From the human T2T-CHM13v2.0 reference genome, Homo sapiens: a DNA stretch of 64,000 nucleotides. Positions 36,715 to 48,599 of this stretch are shown here, one piece after another; within the stretch, counting starts at the first letter, position 1; each line of letters begins with the position of its first letter. The stretch lies in the NCBI RefSeq assembly GCF_009914755.1, contig NC_060932.1. One strand, written 5' to 3'. The notes beneath the pieces are model-generated. The model was given only the letters and a program-made list of their open reading frames with translations. It was not told the DNA's origin and searched no databases. A program made the position numbers and the translations under genes.

Positions 36715-38360
36715 GTAAGTTGCATCATCATAGAGACGTCCCTAGATAATATGATTTGAGGTGATGTTTGTGGGATATTGTTAACACAGGTATCATGTTA
36801 CCTTCAGAACTTAAGGGAGAGAACTATTGGTGACAATGAAGAAAGCAGGAGGCCTCAGGGACTTCTCTGATCCAGTGCTGACAGGCACTTCTTTGTTCTA
36901 GCTACGCTGTATCGTTGAAGCCATTGACACTTAAAAATCAGTGAACATCGGCTTATGTTTCATTAGTACATTTTAATTTTATGTACCTTGCATTCTGTAA
37001 GATTCACTAAAAACTGATAATTTTACATAAATAAAGTATTATTCAACTCCTTAGAAAAGAAAAGATAGCATGACTTTGCTTCAAAAATTTTCTAATTTCC
37101 ATCTTCTGCTATGGATAATAGGCCAACTTCTATCTGGCCAGTTTTATTTTTATTAATCTATCCATCTGTTCATATTCATGGCCAAATAGAAAATTGTAGC
37201 TTCTTAGAGAAGATTGAGAAATTTCATAAAATAAAATAAGCATTTCAGAACCAAATTAGTAGTTATTACAAGTATCTATGGCAACAACACATAGAAAACT
37301 CTTCTTTCAAGGGTTGTTTGTAGTATAAGTGTTAGAGACAACTACTGATTTATTCATTTTACAAAAGTTTACGCTCATTTACTTGGTGTTATTTATCCAC
37401 AGGAGTTACTTTTATATTCTGATCTTATAAGAGACATAGGTTTTAAATACAAGCCTAATAAGACAAAATGTTTGTTCTTTCCAAATAATTCCTTAATTTC
37501 TAGATTTGATGACTTCTGTAGAACTTTAAATATACATATATGTAATATTTCTAATGTAGTACAACAATATTTATTCTTGGTCTTGTTCTTTCTTAGTTTT
37601 TGAATCTGAAAACATTTATAATACATTTTAAATTCAACATTGATATCCAAGGAGAGAGTGAGTTTCCTGCCTTGGAAATGAGTATATCTTATCAGTAGAA
37701 CATAGTATTTCTTAATATAGCAGCTTTCTATTGATTGGTAATTTGATCAGTTTTTCAATTCATGAATTCACAAGCCAGGAATAAATGATTTCAAACCATG
37801 CTACTTGACAGTTTGTATATAAATGATGCGGATTTGCTTGTCTGGTTGCCAGTTATTTATTTGTTTAATATCATTTGTTTCCTACAGAGTCCAGTGTTTC
37901 TTCAGTTAGTTCTTTAACTAGCTCTGATTCTGTTAACTTCATAGATGACGACAAACCACAGCAAGGTACTTAGTTATTTCTTTCAGTGTCATCCTTATTA
38001 TTTCTTTTTATTTTCAATCTCAAATTTGTTTGATAAGGAGTAACATGAATTTTATTTAATAGGGTTGCCTGAAGTGGCAGAATCCACCTGGTGGTTTAAA
38101 TCGTTTTTCCATTCTGAACCTGTGCTTTCAAATGTGAGAATAAAAGATCTGTCTGCTACTGGGTGAGTTTTAGCCTTCTCTGGTAAGGGCAGTTCTTACT
38201 TAGTGAATGAAATAATGCATATGGTATGTGTTATGCTACTCACTTAGGGTACATAGTTGTCTCTTGAGAGCAGTGAGCCTTGCCTATGAAGCGCACCTGA
38301 GGGATGAGGGTGGCACTAACAGAGCTCCCTCCTTGCAGGTCGCTGTCAGGAAGATCATAG
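36660..38360 (+). CDS. PPDPFL: PPDPF-like protein, spliced CDS join(36660-36714,37888-37965,38063-38162,38339-38360), 84 aa
   Basis: 55+78+100+22=255 nt, all GT-AG introns with matching phases; translates [84 protein letters not shown], recognised as C8orf22/PPDPFL (YYR + Ser-rich + WWxxSFF pattern of the PPDPF family). Confidence 0.95.
37888..37965 (+). CDS. PPDPFL: PPDPFL coding exon 2, [26 protein letters not shown]
   Basis: Acceptor tttgtttcctacag; donor AAG|GTACTT; phase 1-1. Confidence 0.95.
38063..38162 (+). CDS. PPDPFL: PPDPFL coding exon 3, [33 protein letters not shown]
   Basis: Acceptor ttttatttaatag; donor TGG|GTGAGT; phase 1-2. Confidence 0.95.
38339..38360 (+). CDS. PPDPFL: PPDPFL terminal coding exon, GSLSGRS-stop
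   Basis: Branch point CACTAAC 38314-38320, ctccctccttgcag acceptor, TAG 38358-38360. Confidence 0.85.
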
Positions 38361-38980
38361 CACCCTTTCCAGTTCAATCACTCAAGAGTGGTGGAGAAGT
38401 CATATGCCAAACTGTGTCATTGTTTGGCGGGGGATGGACTGAGAATCAGAGGAAAGGGTCTAAATTTGTTTTGCTCATACCTTCAGGAAAAGAATAACCA
38501 TTGTCTAGTTGTTGTCTTAAATAACCTTAGGATAACACTGCTGATTTTGATTAGCTTCTGTGTGGTGCAAATTACTAGACAGGTTGAATTGGGAGTTTGT
38601 GTGCAGTTGTTTTCAGACATTTTGAACTCAAACACACTGACTAGCACAGTTGTAATTTAATATATTTAAACTACTTATTTTGGATTTTAGACATTTGAAT
38701 GCCTAGTAACTAAATGGAATAGAAAGAATCTATAATAAAGGGATTCATAGATGCCAATGTTGAAATATAGTGATTCTGATGAATTTCCTATCTAAGACAA
38801 ATTTAGAATCATTATTTAAAATTAGAATCATTATTTAAAGTATTTTTAAAAGCCAATGCAAGATTGATTGTTGGAAAGATGTTTTCTTGACACTCTTTAT
38901 CAAGTTTATTCATTTGAATTATCTGGACAGTGTTTCATTTATTTATCCCCTCCTCTCTGACTACTATAAAATCAACCCAG

Positions 38981-39002
38981 ATTACAGATGAGCACTTTGT
39001 AG
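38981..39002 (+). CDS. PPDPFL: Candidate alternative terminal coding exon, GLQMSTL-stop
   Basis: Acceptor aatcaacccag at 38980 with upstream pyrimidine run and ctgac branch-like motif; in phase with exon 3; TAG 39000-39002. Confidence 0.5.
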
Positions 39003-39659
39003 CTGATCATCTTTGCACTGCCATTTGATGAACATGTTGGTAACGGTTGCCTGCCTTATGTAGCATGAACAGTTGATTCTGACAATCAAGATCCTCTGCC
39101 TGCTGCAGTGGTCCATACATGAACAGCTCCCCTTCAGCGCCCCAGCTATTCCAGGACTCTTCTCCATTGTAAGAAGACAAAAATGTGTCTGAGATCTCAT
39201 TTATGAGACAAGATCACAGCAGCCACTGATATAACAAAAGTTTAGGCATTTTTCTCAACACAAAGACTATCGCTGGAAGTGGCACTTGCTACCTGGTGCA
39301 TCTTTGAAAAGTGTGCCTTTAGAAACAAGACACCCTTTTAAAGTAATATGTCTTCAAATGTTGTGACTTACATAAAGTAGCTCTTTCATTACTTATATCA
39401 TTTTTATTAAAAAAACTTAAGTTAGACTCTTTTTCTGTCTGTTGAGTGATTTATTTATTATGCCTTAAAACTGACTTGTCAATGTTTCACATAATGGTTT
39501 AAAGGGCATTGAATTCGAAATTTTAGAAAATAATTGTAAAAATTCAATTTTTTTAAAAGAATGAAGGTTGGAAATAGCATATGTATCATTAAGTATATTA
39601 GAGCTAATCAATTGGTCATTGTATAGACTTTAAAATTTATGACTTTAAATAATATTTAA

Positions 39660-39905
39660 TAACATGGAAAATTATATTATGGCATTAAAAATTAGCATAA
39701 TACACCATATATGGTACAATCGTAGTTGTATTAAAAAGTTACATATGCATAAAGATAGACTGGAAGGAACTGTACCAAAATGCTGACAGGGCTATTTCTG
39801 GAGATGGGATTATGGGCGTTTTTCATTCTCTTTTTAATATATTTTTCCATATCTCCCAATTTTTCTAATATGACAAGTATTGTGCGTAATTAGAAAATAA
39901 TAAAT
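39660..39905 (+). mobile_element. L1ME-type 3' end within the presumed PPDPFL 3' UTR
   Basis: agactggaaggaactgtaccaaaatgctgacagggctatttctggagatgggattatggg...ttttcattctc. Confidence 0.7.
39899..39904 (+). terminator. Candidate poly(A) signal AATAAA for PPDPFL (alternative ATTAAA at 39406-39411)
   Basis: Canonical hexamer at the end of the L1ME fragment, T-rich stretch about 25 nt downstream. Confidence 0.55.
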
Positions 39906-41749
39906 GTTAATATAAAAAAGCACTGAAATTTTCTGCATAAGTATATTCCCTACATTGAGTAGAATAGCTCTCTCTTCTTTGAATATTGGGTAGATAATAC
40001 TTAATAAGTTTCAATTGATAAGTTTCTGTGTATTGCTTGCAAGTAGTTTTCAGTATAAGATGTAAGACTTAGATATCAGGGATACTCACTCACTTAGAGG
40101 TAGACATCACTACAGTCATGGGGCCAATGCTGACTTAAAAATCCAGTGAAGCACACATAACCCTTAGTAGGATGGTCTTCCTGCCCAACCACATAACCAT
40201 GACAGAGCATCCAGGCTGGCCACTGGCAGTGACAGATATTGCAGACAGATCATTTACCTGTTCCGAATGGGAAAGGCATTTCTTCAAGCTTGTGTCCCTT
40301 TATCACGTAGCTATTAATGAAAGGACTCAAACATCCCTTTGATCCACATCACCGTCTACATGTGATGGTTTTCCTGGTGGCTGCCAGCATGAACACATTT
40401 TCTCTATTTCTAGAAGAGGATTAAATTTTAGGAGTATATATATATTTACTTGATTTTGGTTCAAATTAAATCATAGTAATTAAAAATGGAGTTTTTTAAG
40501 TGAGAGAAAAATATTATGAAAAAAATGATAAACTGTGGAAAGGTCCTGTTTCTACTTTAATATCATCAGCAAATTCTTTTTTTTCTTAACTACTTGATAT
40601 ATGTATGAACAGATTGCTTGTTTAGGTTACTTGATGAATTTTGCAAAATAGGTTAGCAAGTTGGCATTTATTTTGTTTACTGAGAAAAATACCATTTGTT
40701 AAATTACCTTATTTGGGAGGGCTTATGTATTTGTAAAAATTACAGCTTTTATATTAGTTTAGACTAGTGTTGCTCTTTCTGAAAGTTATTACTATTTAAA
40801 GTAATGGAATTTTACATAAAATTTTAAGTCAAAACTCTGAACATATATAGTAATTAAATATTTTAGAGTGGTTACACACACATATGTGAAGATAGATAGA
40901 TGAAATAGATAGATAGATATGTTAAAAAAAAAGAGGAAATCTTTCCAGAAAGTAACATTAAGTTGAACTCACAAAATGATTTAAAAATGGAAAGAATTTC
41001 TGCATACTATCCCAGAGTTTCTACAAAATTAAAATAATAGAAATAAATAAAAGGAACAAAATATCTTCTGGTTAATTCCAGATAATCTTTCTCGATGTAT
41101 CAGAAGACATTTTTGCACTGCCTTTAAAAAGTACATCACAAATAGATCTCAGCATAATTTTGCTTTATTTTAGATAAAATATCTCCTGTCTGGCTCTGTT
41201 GCTTGTTGGGTAGACAATCAATAGTGAAGGCCAAGTGTGTTGGGGAGGTGACATCAATCCAGATGAGTTGCAATGTGCTGTGAACATTCTAACCTGATAT
41301 TACGAAATGTTATTTGACTGGACTTGGATGTCTGTATTAAATGCCGTAAGATTTTGATAATTTAGGCTCAGGTTCTATAAAACTGTGTGTTGGTATTCCG
41401 CTATGTTTTTTTGATATATGGTTTTGATCTCAGGTTTCAAGTTACTGATTTTATATTCTTTACAGATAAAACCACCAACAGCCCATCCCTCAATTCTCAC
41501 TACCGTAAAAGTTCTTGAGTTGGTGTTTAGGCCTTCTTGGTGCTTCACACAATATGTAGAATTTAAAGTTGTAGAAAACAAAACTGCAGGCTTCCATTTG
41601 GCTATTAAAGAAAGATGATAAACAAAATTATTTTAAAGAGTGAAAGTAATTGGCCAGGTTGAATTGAATAGGGCAAAAACTCTAACTCATAGAAATTCAA
41701 GAAGTGTAGCAAGTCATAATTTATTCAACCTCCCTATAAAATCTTCTAA

Positions 41750-42665
41750 CCTAACACATCAAAGCCAAGTTCATGATCTCTATACCCCACCATATCTCCT
41801 TGTAGTATCTTTGCTTTCAGATAATGATGGCAGCATTAATCAACTCAAGTAAGTAGCAAGTTGTCCTGTTTTCTTTCCTATGCAATCTAACATCAAGTCC
41901 TTTCAATTGTATATCTTTAATGTTTCTGGGGTCTACTTACTTACTTTCTTTCCCAAGTGCACTACCTGAATTCAAATGTCCATCATTTGTCCCTGGGGTA
42001 CTGCCATGACCTCCTAAGTCGTCCACTTACACTATTTTTATCTCTCTCCAGTCAACTGTCCTCTACAGAATAACCATAACCATCTTTAGAATTTACAACC
42101 TGATTATACTCCCCTGTGAACATTCACACACACACACACCCTCCCACATTTGCACACACAGAAGACTCAATCGCTCCTAATAAATTAGGGGTAAAGTCAC
42201 AGCTCACCAGTCCCAGCTCTGGTCCAGCCCCTGGTGACCCCTATGATCCATCCCTGCAGCCTGCTCCCCACAGCTTCCTGTGTTTCAGCTGCATCTGCCT
42301 TCCCGCAGTCCCTTATGTACATCATTTTTCCCTGTTGCCCCAGGGTCTTTCCATTTCCCTAAGCTTAGAATCTCCTCACTTAATGTCTACTTATCTTTGA
42401 AACCGTAGCTCTAAAATCATTTCCACTGAGAAACTTTCTGACCTCCTTGACTCAATTAGATTTTCCATTATCCACTCAGCTAGTGCATGTCTCTCTCCTT
42501 CCCAGCACTGATCACAGATGTAATTTTACAATTGTTTGTGTAGTTATTTGATTAATATAGGTTTCATCCATTACACTGTAAACTACAAGAAGGTAAGATC
42601 AAGGGTCATGTCTGCTTTCCTGAACATTGTGTACCCAGCCTCTGACATGCAATAAATATTTGCAA
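41750..42665 (+). mobile_element. L2 LINE 3' portion
   Basis: tgtctgctttcctgaacattgtgtacccagcctctgacatgcaataaatatttg terminus. Confidence 0.7.
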
Positions 42666-45555
42666 AGGAAGGGCAATAGTTCTTTAGCCAGGACTGGTCA
42701 CAACCTCAAGAAGCATTACTTTTCAGCGGGAAGAAGGAAACACTAAATCAATAAAGAAATGAAGAAAATGTTTTCTAATAGTGATACGTGCTGTAAAGGA
42801 AATGAAGTGTTTTGTGGGAGAGTGATGAGATAGGGTGGAGGTAGAGGGAGGGCAACTTTGATTGGTGAAGTTAGGAAAGGACTCAGTGAGAAGCTGGCTT
42901 TGGGGTGGAGTCCTGAAGGAGGAGAAGTGACCAGTTTTGTGAGAAGTACTCTGGGCAGAGAAAATAGCCAGTGGGGCTTGCTATGCTCTGCATTGTGTAT
43001 ATCGTCTCTCGTTACACTGCTGTCAAGAGGCAATGGCTTTGGAAGAATTTTGCATTTTCCATGTGGAGGTCAAATTGTCAACAGCTTTTGTTTCCAACTA
43101 CACCCACACTGAGAAATGGCAGGGTATGGGGACTATGCCCTTTCTTCTTCAAGTCCCTCAGGGTAATCTATAAATTGTCCCCAATAACACTGCACAGTAG
43201 CATGCATACAAAGTAATCCAAGTCCAGTGGGGCATGCGCTCAGGTGTCTCTAGTCCTTGAAATAATTCTCTAAACTAACAAGGTAAGTTCTACCCTATCA
43301 TTTCCTTTCTACCCCTCACACCAAGTGAGTAAGTGCACTGCTATTAAAGATTTGTCTCTAGTTTCTTTTTGACAAACTATATTTCTAGAAAAATTTTATA
43401 TCAAAGGACTAGAAAAAAGGGAGAGCTACACTATCACCTTCCTTACACAATAATGTAGAAAGAATGTATTTCAGTTCTGGGGTCTGAAAAGTTTTCTCCA
43501 TTATAGTCAAATCACTTGGTTCTCAAAAGGCTAAGAAAAAAGCTTATGATGTGTTTCTAATACATCTTCAAACAACTTTTACTCAACTTTTAAATACCTT
43601 TAAATTAAATTCATTATAACCAAATATTTATTTCATTTATTCAGAAAAAAACATATTTCTGTTATGGTTTTATCTGACTAAGAGGGTTAGACCATACAAG
43701 TTTTGCTTCATTATTTTTAGTTAGGTGTATTGGAGTTTGTTTGCCTCCAAATTATAAACCCCAAATATATTAAATCCTTTGCATTCTAGTAATTATTTGA
43801 TTAACAGCCAACTGAAATTTAAGCTTAATGAATATTTTATCCTTTTCTCATGCTTAGCAGAGGTTTTTGAATTAATGAAAGAAGTTATTGGAAGGATGAT
43901 TTGTATGTCAATACACTACAAAGGTTAGTGTTTTAAAATTCTTTTTCAGGGAAGAATGACTAACATTTTATTTTCAAATAAACTACCTTTGAAAATATCT
44001 GTTCAATCTTAAGAAGCATATTTAGAGAGCTGCTTATCTTCAGATTTCAAGCTAAATTTCACCATGAAAAAGGAAGACAGATAAAACTCGTAAACTCATC
44101 ATTTTACTTTGTTCTTTTTTATCCTAGATGGATTTCACATATCCACTTATCTTCTGTTAACCGCTGCTGATACAGCTTAATATTCTGGAAGAAGACTGTA
44201 TCGTTTTCTCTCTATTGTGCAAAAGACATCCTTTTACCTTGATATGTTTGACTGGTGTTCATGGCAGTCCCTGAGTTAGGAGCATATTTGAGTCTGTTTG
44301 ATGGTGAATGTAAGATCTCAATTGGTCCTGAATTCTGGACTCTACAGGAGTAAGGGTTTTGAATTGAAAGCGAGGTAGGCCTCATTTAAAGGAGCAGTGT
44401 AGGACTGGAATAAGAAATGGGATCTGTGGAGGTGAATTAATTACTCTTACACATATTTAAAAGTTTAACAAATCTGTAACTGGCCTATTAATTCCAAATC
44501 AATAAACAAGTATTTTCTTTCTGGAAACATTTTTTAAACACTATTCCATATGCTTTCCTTTTTCAAAATTCTAGAACATGTTAAATTTCAGAGAGTCAAA
44601 TCGCTCTCCAGCTAATCATTCTAATTAGTTATTCATAGCATTTGGGTGAAGCATACCTCATATTTCTTCAGATGGCAATAATGACTTCTCTAATGTTAAA
44701 TAGTTAAAACATGGTAAGGCAGCGAGAAAGGCTAGAAGTGTATTACAGCAGTGTAAAACTCCATAAGCACCTTATTTGCTGTCCAAACAAGCAGCAATTT
44801 ATTTTGGCAAATCTGCAGGCTTTAAATTCTCACAATTTGATGTGTCTAAGACTCGTGTGGGGAGTTTGAGAAAGTGCAGATAGGAGGGCTCCCTCTCCAG
44901 AAATCCCGCACCCATAGTCCTGAGTTGAGGGCTAGGAATCTCATTCTTCAATGAGAGCTTCTGGAGATTTGTTTCCGGTACAGAGAATAACATTTCTTTA
45001 CACTGCCTATGGGCAAAACTGCCACTGTCCCTCTGCCCAAAGTCTGGGAACAAGCTGCTTCTGTTAAGCTATGGTGGTAATTTTGGTGTGGAAAAATGCA
45101 CAATGACCTGGGAGAGCAAGTGAGTGATTCTGGAAACAAAAATCATGTAAAATAGTGAGGTTATTTCAAATCAGGAAGGGTTAGAAGTTAAATATACATA
45201 AGCAATCAAGTTCACACATTGTAGGAAAAGTTGGAGTTCAGAAAGACTATCAAGTTTTGTAGGTAGTTTTCTTTCACATCCTTAAATGTTAATAATTACA
45301 GACAGCTGTTAATTTTAAATTAAAACGTCCTTTTTATTTTTTTAGGTAATAATTCATTCATAACTTCCATTAAAGATGAATGCAATCTTAAAAATGATAT
45401 TTTTTTCAATTTATCTCCATTCATATAAAATGTATATTGTGTTTATGCTTACCTGATAATAATGTATATTTTCTTCTGTCATTCTGCAGTGTCATCATGG
45501 CTTTGAAAATGAACACAGAAGGCCTAAGAAACACATTCTGAAATAGAATAATATG

Positions 45556-45831
45556 GGCCATCACGTGTCTCACACTTATAATCCCAGTATGCTGGGAGGT
45601 GGAGGTGGGAGGATCACTGTAGCTTGAGGAGTTTGAGATGAGACCAGCCTGGGCAACGTAGAGAAATGTCATCTCTGTAAAAAATACAAAAAAGAAATCA
45701 GCCAGGTTTGGTGGCACCTGTGGTCCCAACTACTTGAGAGGGTGAGGCCAGGTGTAGAGGCTGCAGTGAGCTAGATAATACCACTGCACTTTAGTTCAGC
45801 CTGGGTGACAAAGCAAGACCCTATCTCAAAA
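45556..45831 (+). mobile_element. AluJ (diverged)
   Basis: Dimeric Alu layout, gaggctgcagtgagcta, gcaagaccctatctcaaaa. Confidence 0.85.
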
Positions 45832-45986
45832 GAAGGAAGGGAAGGGAAGGGGAGGGGAGGGGAGGGGAGAAGAAAGAAAGAAGAAGAAGAAAGAAAGAAA
45901 GAAAAAGAAAGAAAGAAAGAAAGAAAGAAAAAGGAAGGAAGGAGAAAAGAAAAAGAAAGAGAGAGAAGGAAGGGAGGAAAGGGAAG
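45827..45986 (+). repeat. Pure-purine GGAAG/GAAA microsatellite grown from the Alu tail
   Basis: About 160 nt of only A/G. Confidence 0.95.
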
Positions 45987-46896
45987 CATTACATGATTGG
46001 AGAAAGGAGATGTGTGCTGATGTCCCAGGGGGCTGTCTGTTTTATTTATGCAATGATGATTTCTTGCCTATCTCCCATGTGCCAGATTCTCAGCTGGATT
46101 CCAGTCTCATCATACTCTCATTTCACAGGAGTGTCAGGACAGAGAACATTCCACCTGGGACTCCAGGGAAGGCAGGTAATCTCACTTGCTCTCCTGTAAA
46201 GAAAGAGCCAGCAGAGGAGGCGGGGTGTACGGGGGCAGGGGGGTGGTGGTGAAAGTCTACTAAATGCCTGCTAAAGAAGTTTGCGTGTTATAGAAAGGTA
46301 GAAGGGAAGAACAACTAGTATGCTGACGTTAACAATTGCTGCTGTGGCTTTAAACTTTAAGAAAATTCAACAGCAGAAATATTTAAAGCAGCCTTAAAGA
46401 ATGAATAAGGAAAAGCTTATATATTTGTGATCTTTATTACTGCACATATCGTCCTAATATATTTTATATTTTAAGAACAAACAATCTTTTTTATAAAGAA
46501 TTTGGATTGTTTTGCATTCCTCCAGATGGTAAAATGTCTAAGTCACACACACCACGCTTATCTAAGGGCTTCCAAAAATGGAATCAGCTTTAGCAACAGT
46601 TTTGAGAAGTGATCTGTAAAGCATTTGCTTTTTATTTTGGAAAGTGTTCACACAAAGCTTTCAAATTAATAACAATCACCATTATTTACTTTGTTACTTC
46701 AATGAGTAATTGTTGCAGTGTACTCTAGTCCACACTATATTATAATCACAAGCTCCATTCAGTCTTACTTTTAATAAAAGTTTTTAAATTATCGAAAACT
46801 AAAATGTTTGTAGAATTTCAAAGTGACTCATTCATACTAAGCATTCTACACATGAGAGGTCCTGTTTTTATTAGTCAAGTTAAGATTATGTGCTGG

Positions 46897-47185
46897 GCCA
46901 GGCGTAGTGGCTCACGTCTGTAATCCTAGCACTTTGGGAGGCTGAAGCAGTTGGATCACTTGAGGTCAGGAGTTCAAGACCAGCCTGGCCAATATGGTGA
47001 AACCCCATCTCTACTAAAAATACAAAAATTAGCCAGGTGTAGTGGCATGCGCTTGTAATACCAGTTACTCAGGAGGCTGATGCAGGAGAATCGCTTGAAC
47101 CCAGGAGGCAGAGGTTGCAGTAAGCTGAGATTGCACACCACTGCACTGCAGCCTAGGTGTCTCAAAAAAAAAAAAAAAAAAAAAA
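46897..47185 (+). mobile_element. AluS (Sx/Sz-like) with a short deletion before the tail
   Basis: TSD AAGATTATGTGCTGG / AAGATTCTGTGTTGG; cagcctaggtgtctcaaaa lacks acagagcgagactcc. Confidence 0.93.
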
Positions 47186-47722
47186 GATTCTGTGTTGGCC
47201 TGGAATCTCCTGACTGCTTGTGAGGAATTAGAAGGTCCCTTCACTGGGTCAGGGATGAGAAGGATAAGAGTGTGTGTGTCTCTAGGTGAGCAATGACAAC
47301 ACGTGATATTAGAATGAAGTTTCCTCCTAACTGGAACTCATGATCAAGGACTGACTGGTTATTCTTAAATGTGTACAAGTACAGTACAATACTAAGTGTA
47401 TAACACTGTTCTAGGCACCTAGGATACATCAGGGGATGAAACAGGATTCTTGCCTATCAGGAGTTTCTAAGAATTCGAAAGTGTGGCACACTTTATAAAG
47501 CAGTCACAGCTTTTTGTAGAATAATAATTTATGTAGAATAAATACTATGTGCATATAGTATACATAGTATACATTTCAACTGAAACAAAAAAGAATAGTT
47601 TAAAAAGCATATCTCTCCTTCTGTTTTAACTCCCCAAATCCAGTTCCTAGTCTCTGAAGCAACAATTGTTTTAAGATTTTCATGTGTACTTGAAAGAATA
47701 TTTTAGACACTTTACAAAATTA

Positions 47723-47787
47723 TTCAGTTGGTGCAAAAGTCATTGCAGTTTTTGCCATTAAAAGTAATGACTTGTGCACCAACATAA
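47723..47787. mobile_element. MADE1 mariner MITE, internally deleted
   Basis: gttggtgcaaaagt...tttttgccatt...tgcaccaac flanked by TA on both sides. Confidence 0.88.
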
Positions 47788-47799
47788 TACAAAAGGTAG

Positions 47800-48570
47800 T
47801 CACTGGGAGGATATGGAGAAACTGGGTCACTGGTTTATTGCTGGTCAGAGTGTAAAATTTTACAGACACTTTGGAAAATGGTTTGTCAGTTTCCTATAAA
47901 ACTAAACACGCAATTAGCTTAAGACTCAGCAACTGCAATGGAGCATCTATTCTAGAAAAATGAAAAGTCAGGTTCACACAAAAACACATACACCGATGCT
48001 CTTAGCAGGTTTATTCATAAACCAACTTAGCCTAGTTGGAAATATATCGTTCAATGAGTGAATGACTAGACAAACTGGGATACATATAGTCTGATGGAAT
48101 GCTACTCAGCAATAGGAAGGAATGAACTATTGATACATATGACAACATGGATGAATGCCCAGGAAATCACAAGTGAAAAACCCAATCACAAAAGGTTACA
48201 TAACGTATGACTCCATTTGTATGTAATTCTCAAAATGACAAATTATAGAGATGGAATCAGATTAGTGGTCACCGGTGGCTGGGGTGCTAGGTGAGGGTTG
48301 TGGTGTGACTATGGGGTGGTTGGAAGCAGGTCTGTGTGGATATGGAATAGTCTTGTGCTCCTGATGGTGAATGCTGGTTAGTGAATCTACACATGCTGTA
48401 AATGACAGCTATAAACACGCATTCCACCAATATCAGATCCCTTTCTTTGATATTGATGTACAATTATTTAAGATGTAACCATTAAGGGAAACTGAGTGAA
48501 GGATGTGTAGAGCTCCTCCACATGATCTTTATAAATTTGTGTTGAAGCCATATCTATTTCAAAGGAAAAG
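47800..48570 (+). mobile_element. L1MC/MD-type 3' region
   Basis: atggaatgctactcagcaataggaaggaatgaactattgatacat...gatgtaaccattaagggaaactgagtgaagg. Confidence 0.8.
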
Positions 48571-48599
48571 TCGCCAACATGTCATTTCATGGCCATTCC

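Noticed and set aside
38228-38497. 89-aa ORF overlapping the PPDPFL last exon as a longer C-terminus
   Set aside because: Needs the AG at 38321-38322, immediately after the branch point and without a pyrimidine tract; 38339 is the plausible acceptor
45771-45996. Lys/Glu/Arg-rich and Phe/Ser-rich ORFs
   Set aside because: Translations of the purine microsatellite
46220-46250. G-rich stretch as a G-quadruplex
   Set aside because: Only three clear G3+ tracts and no functional context
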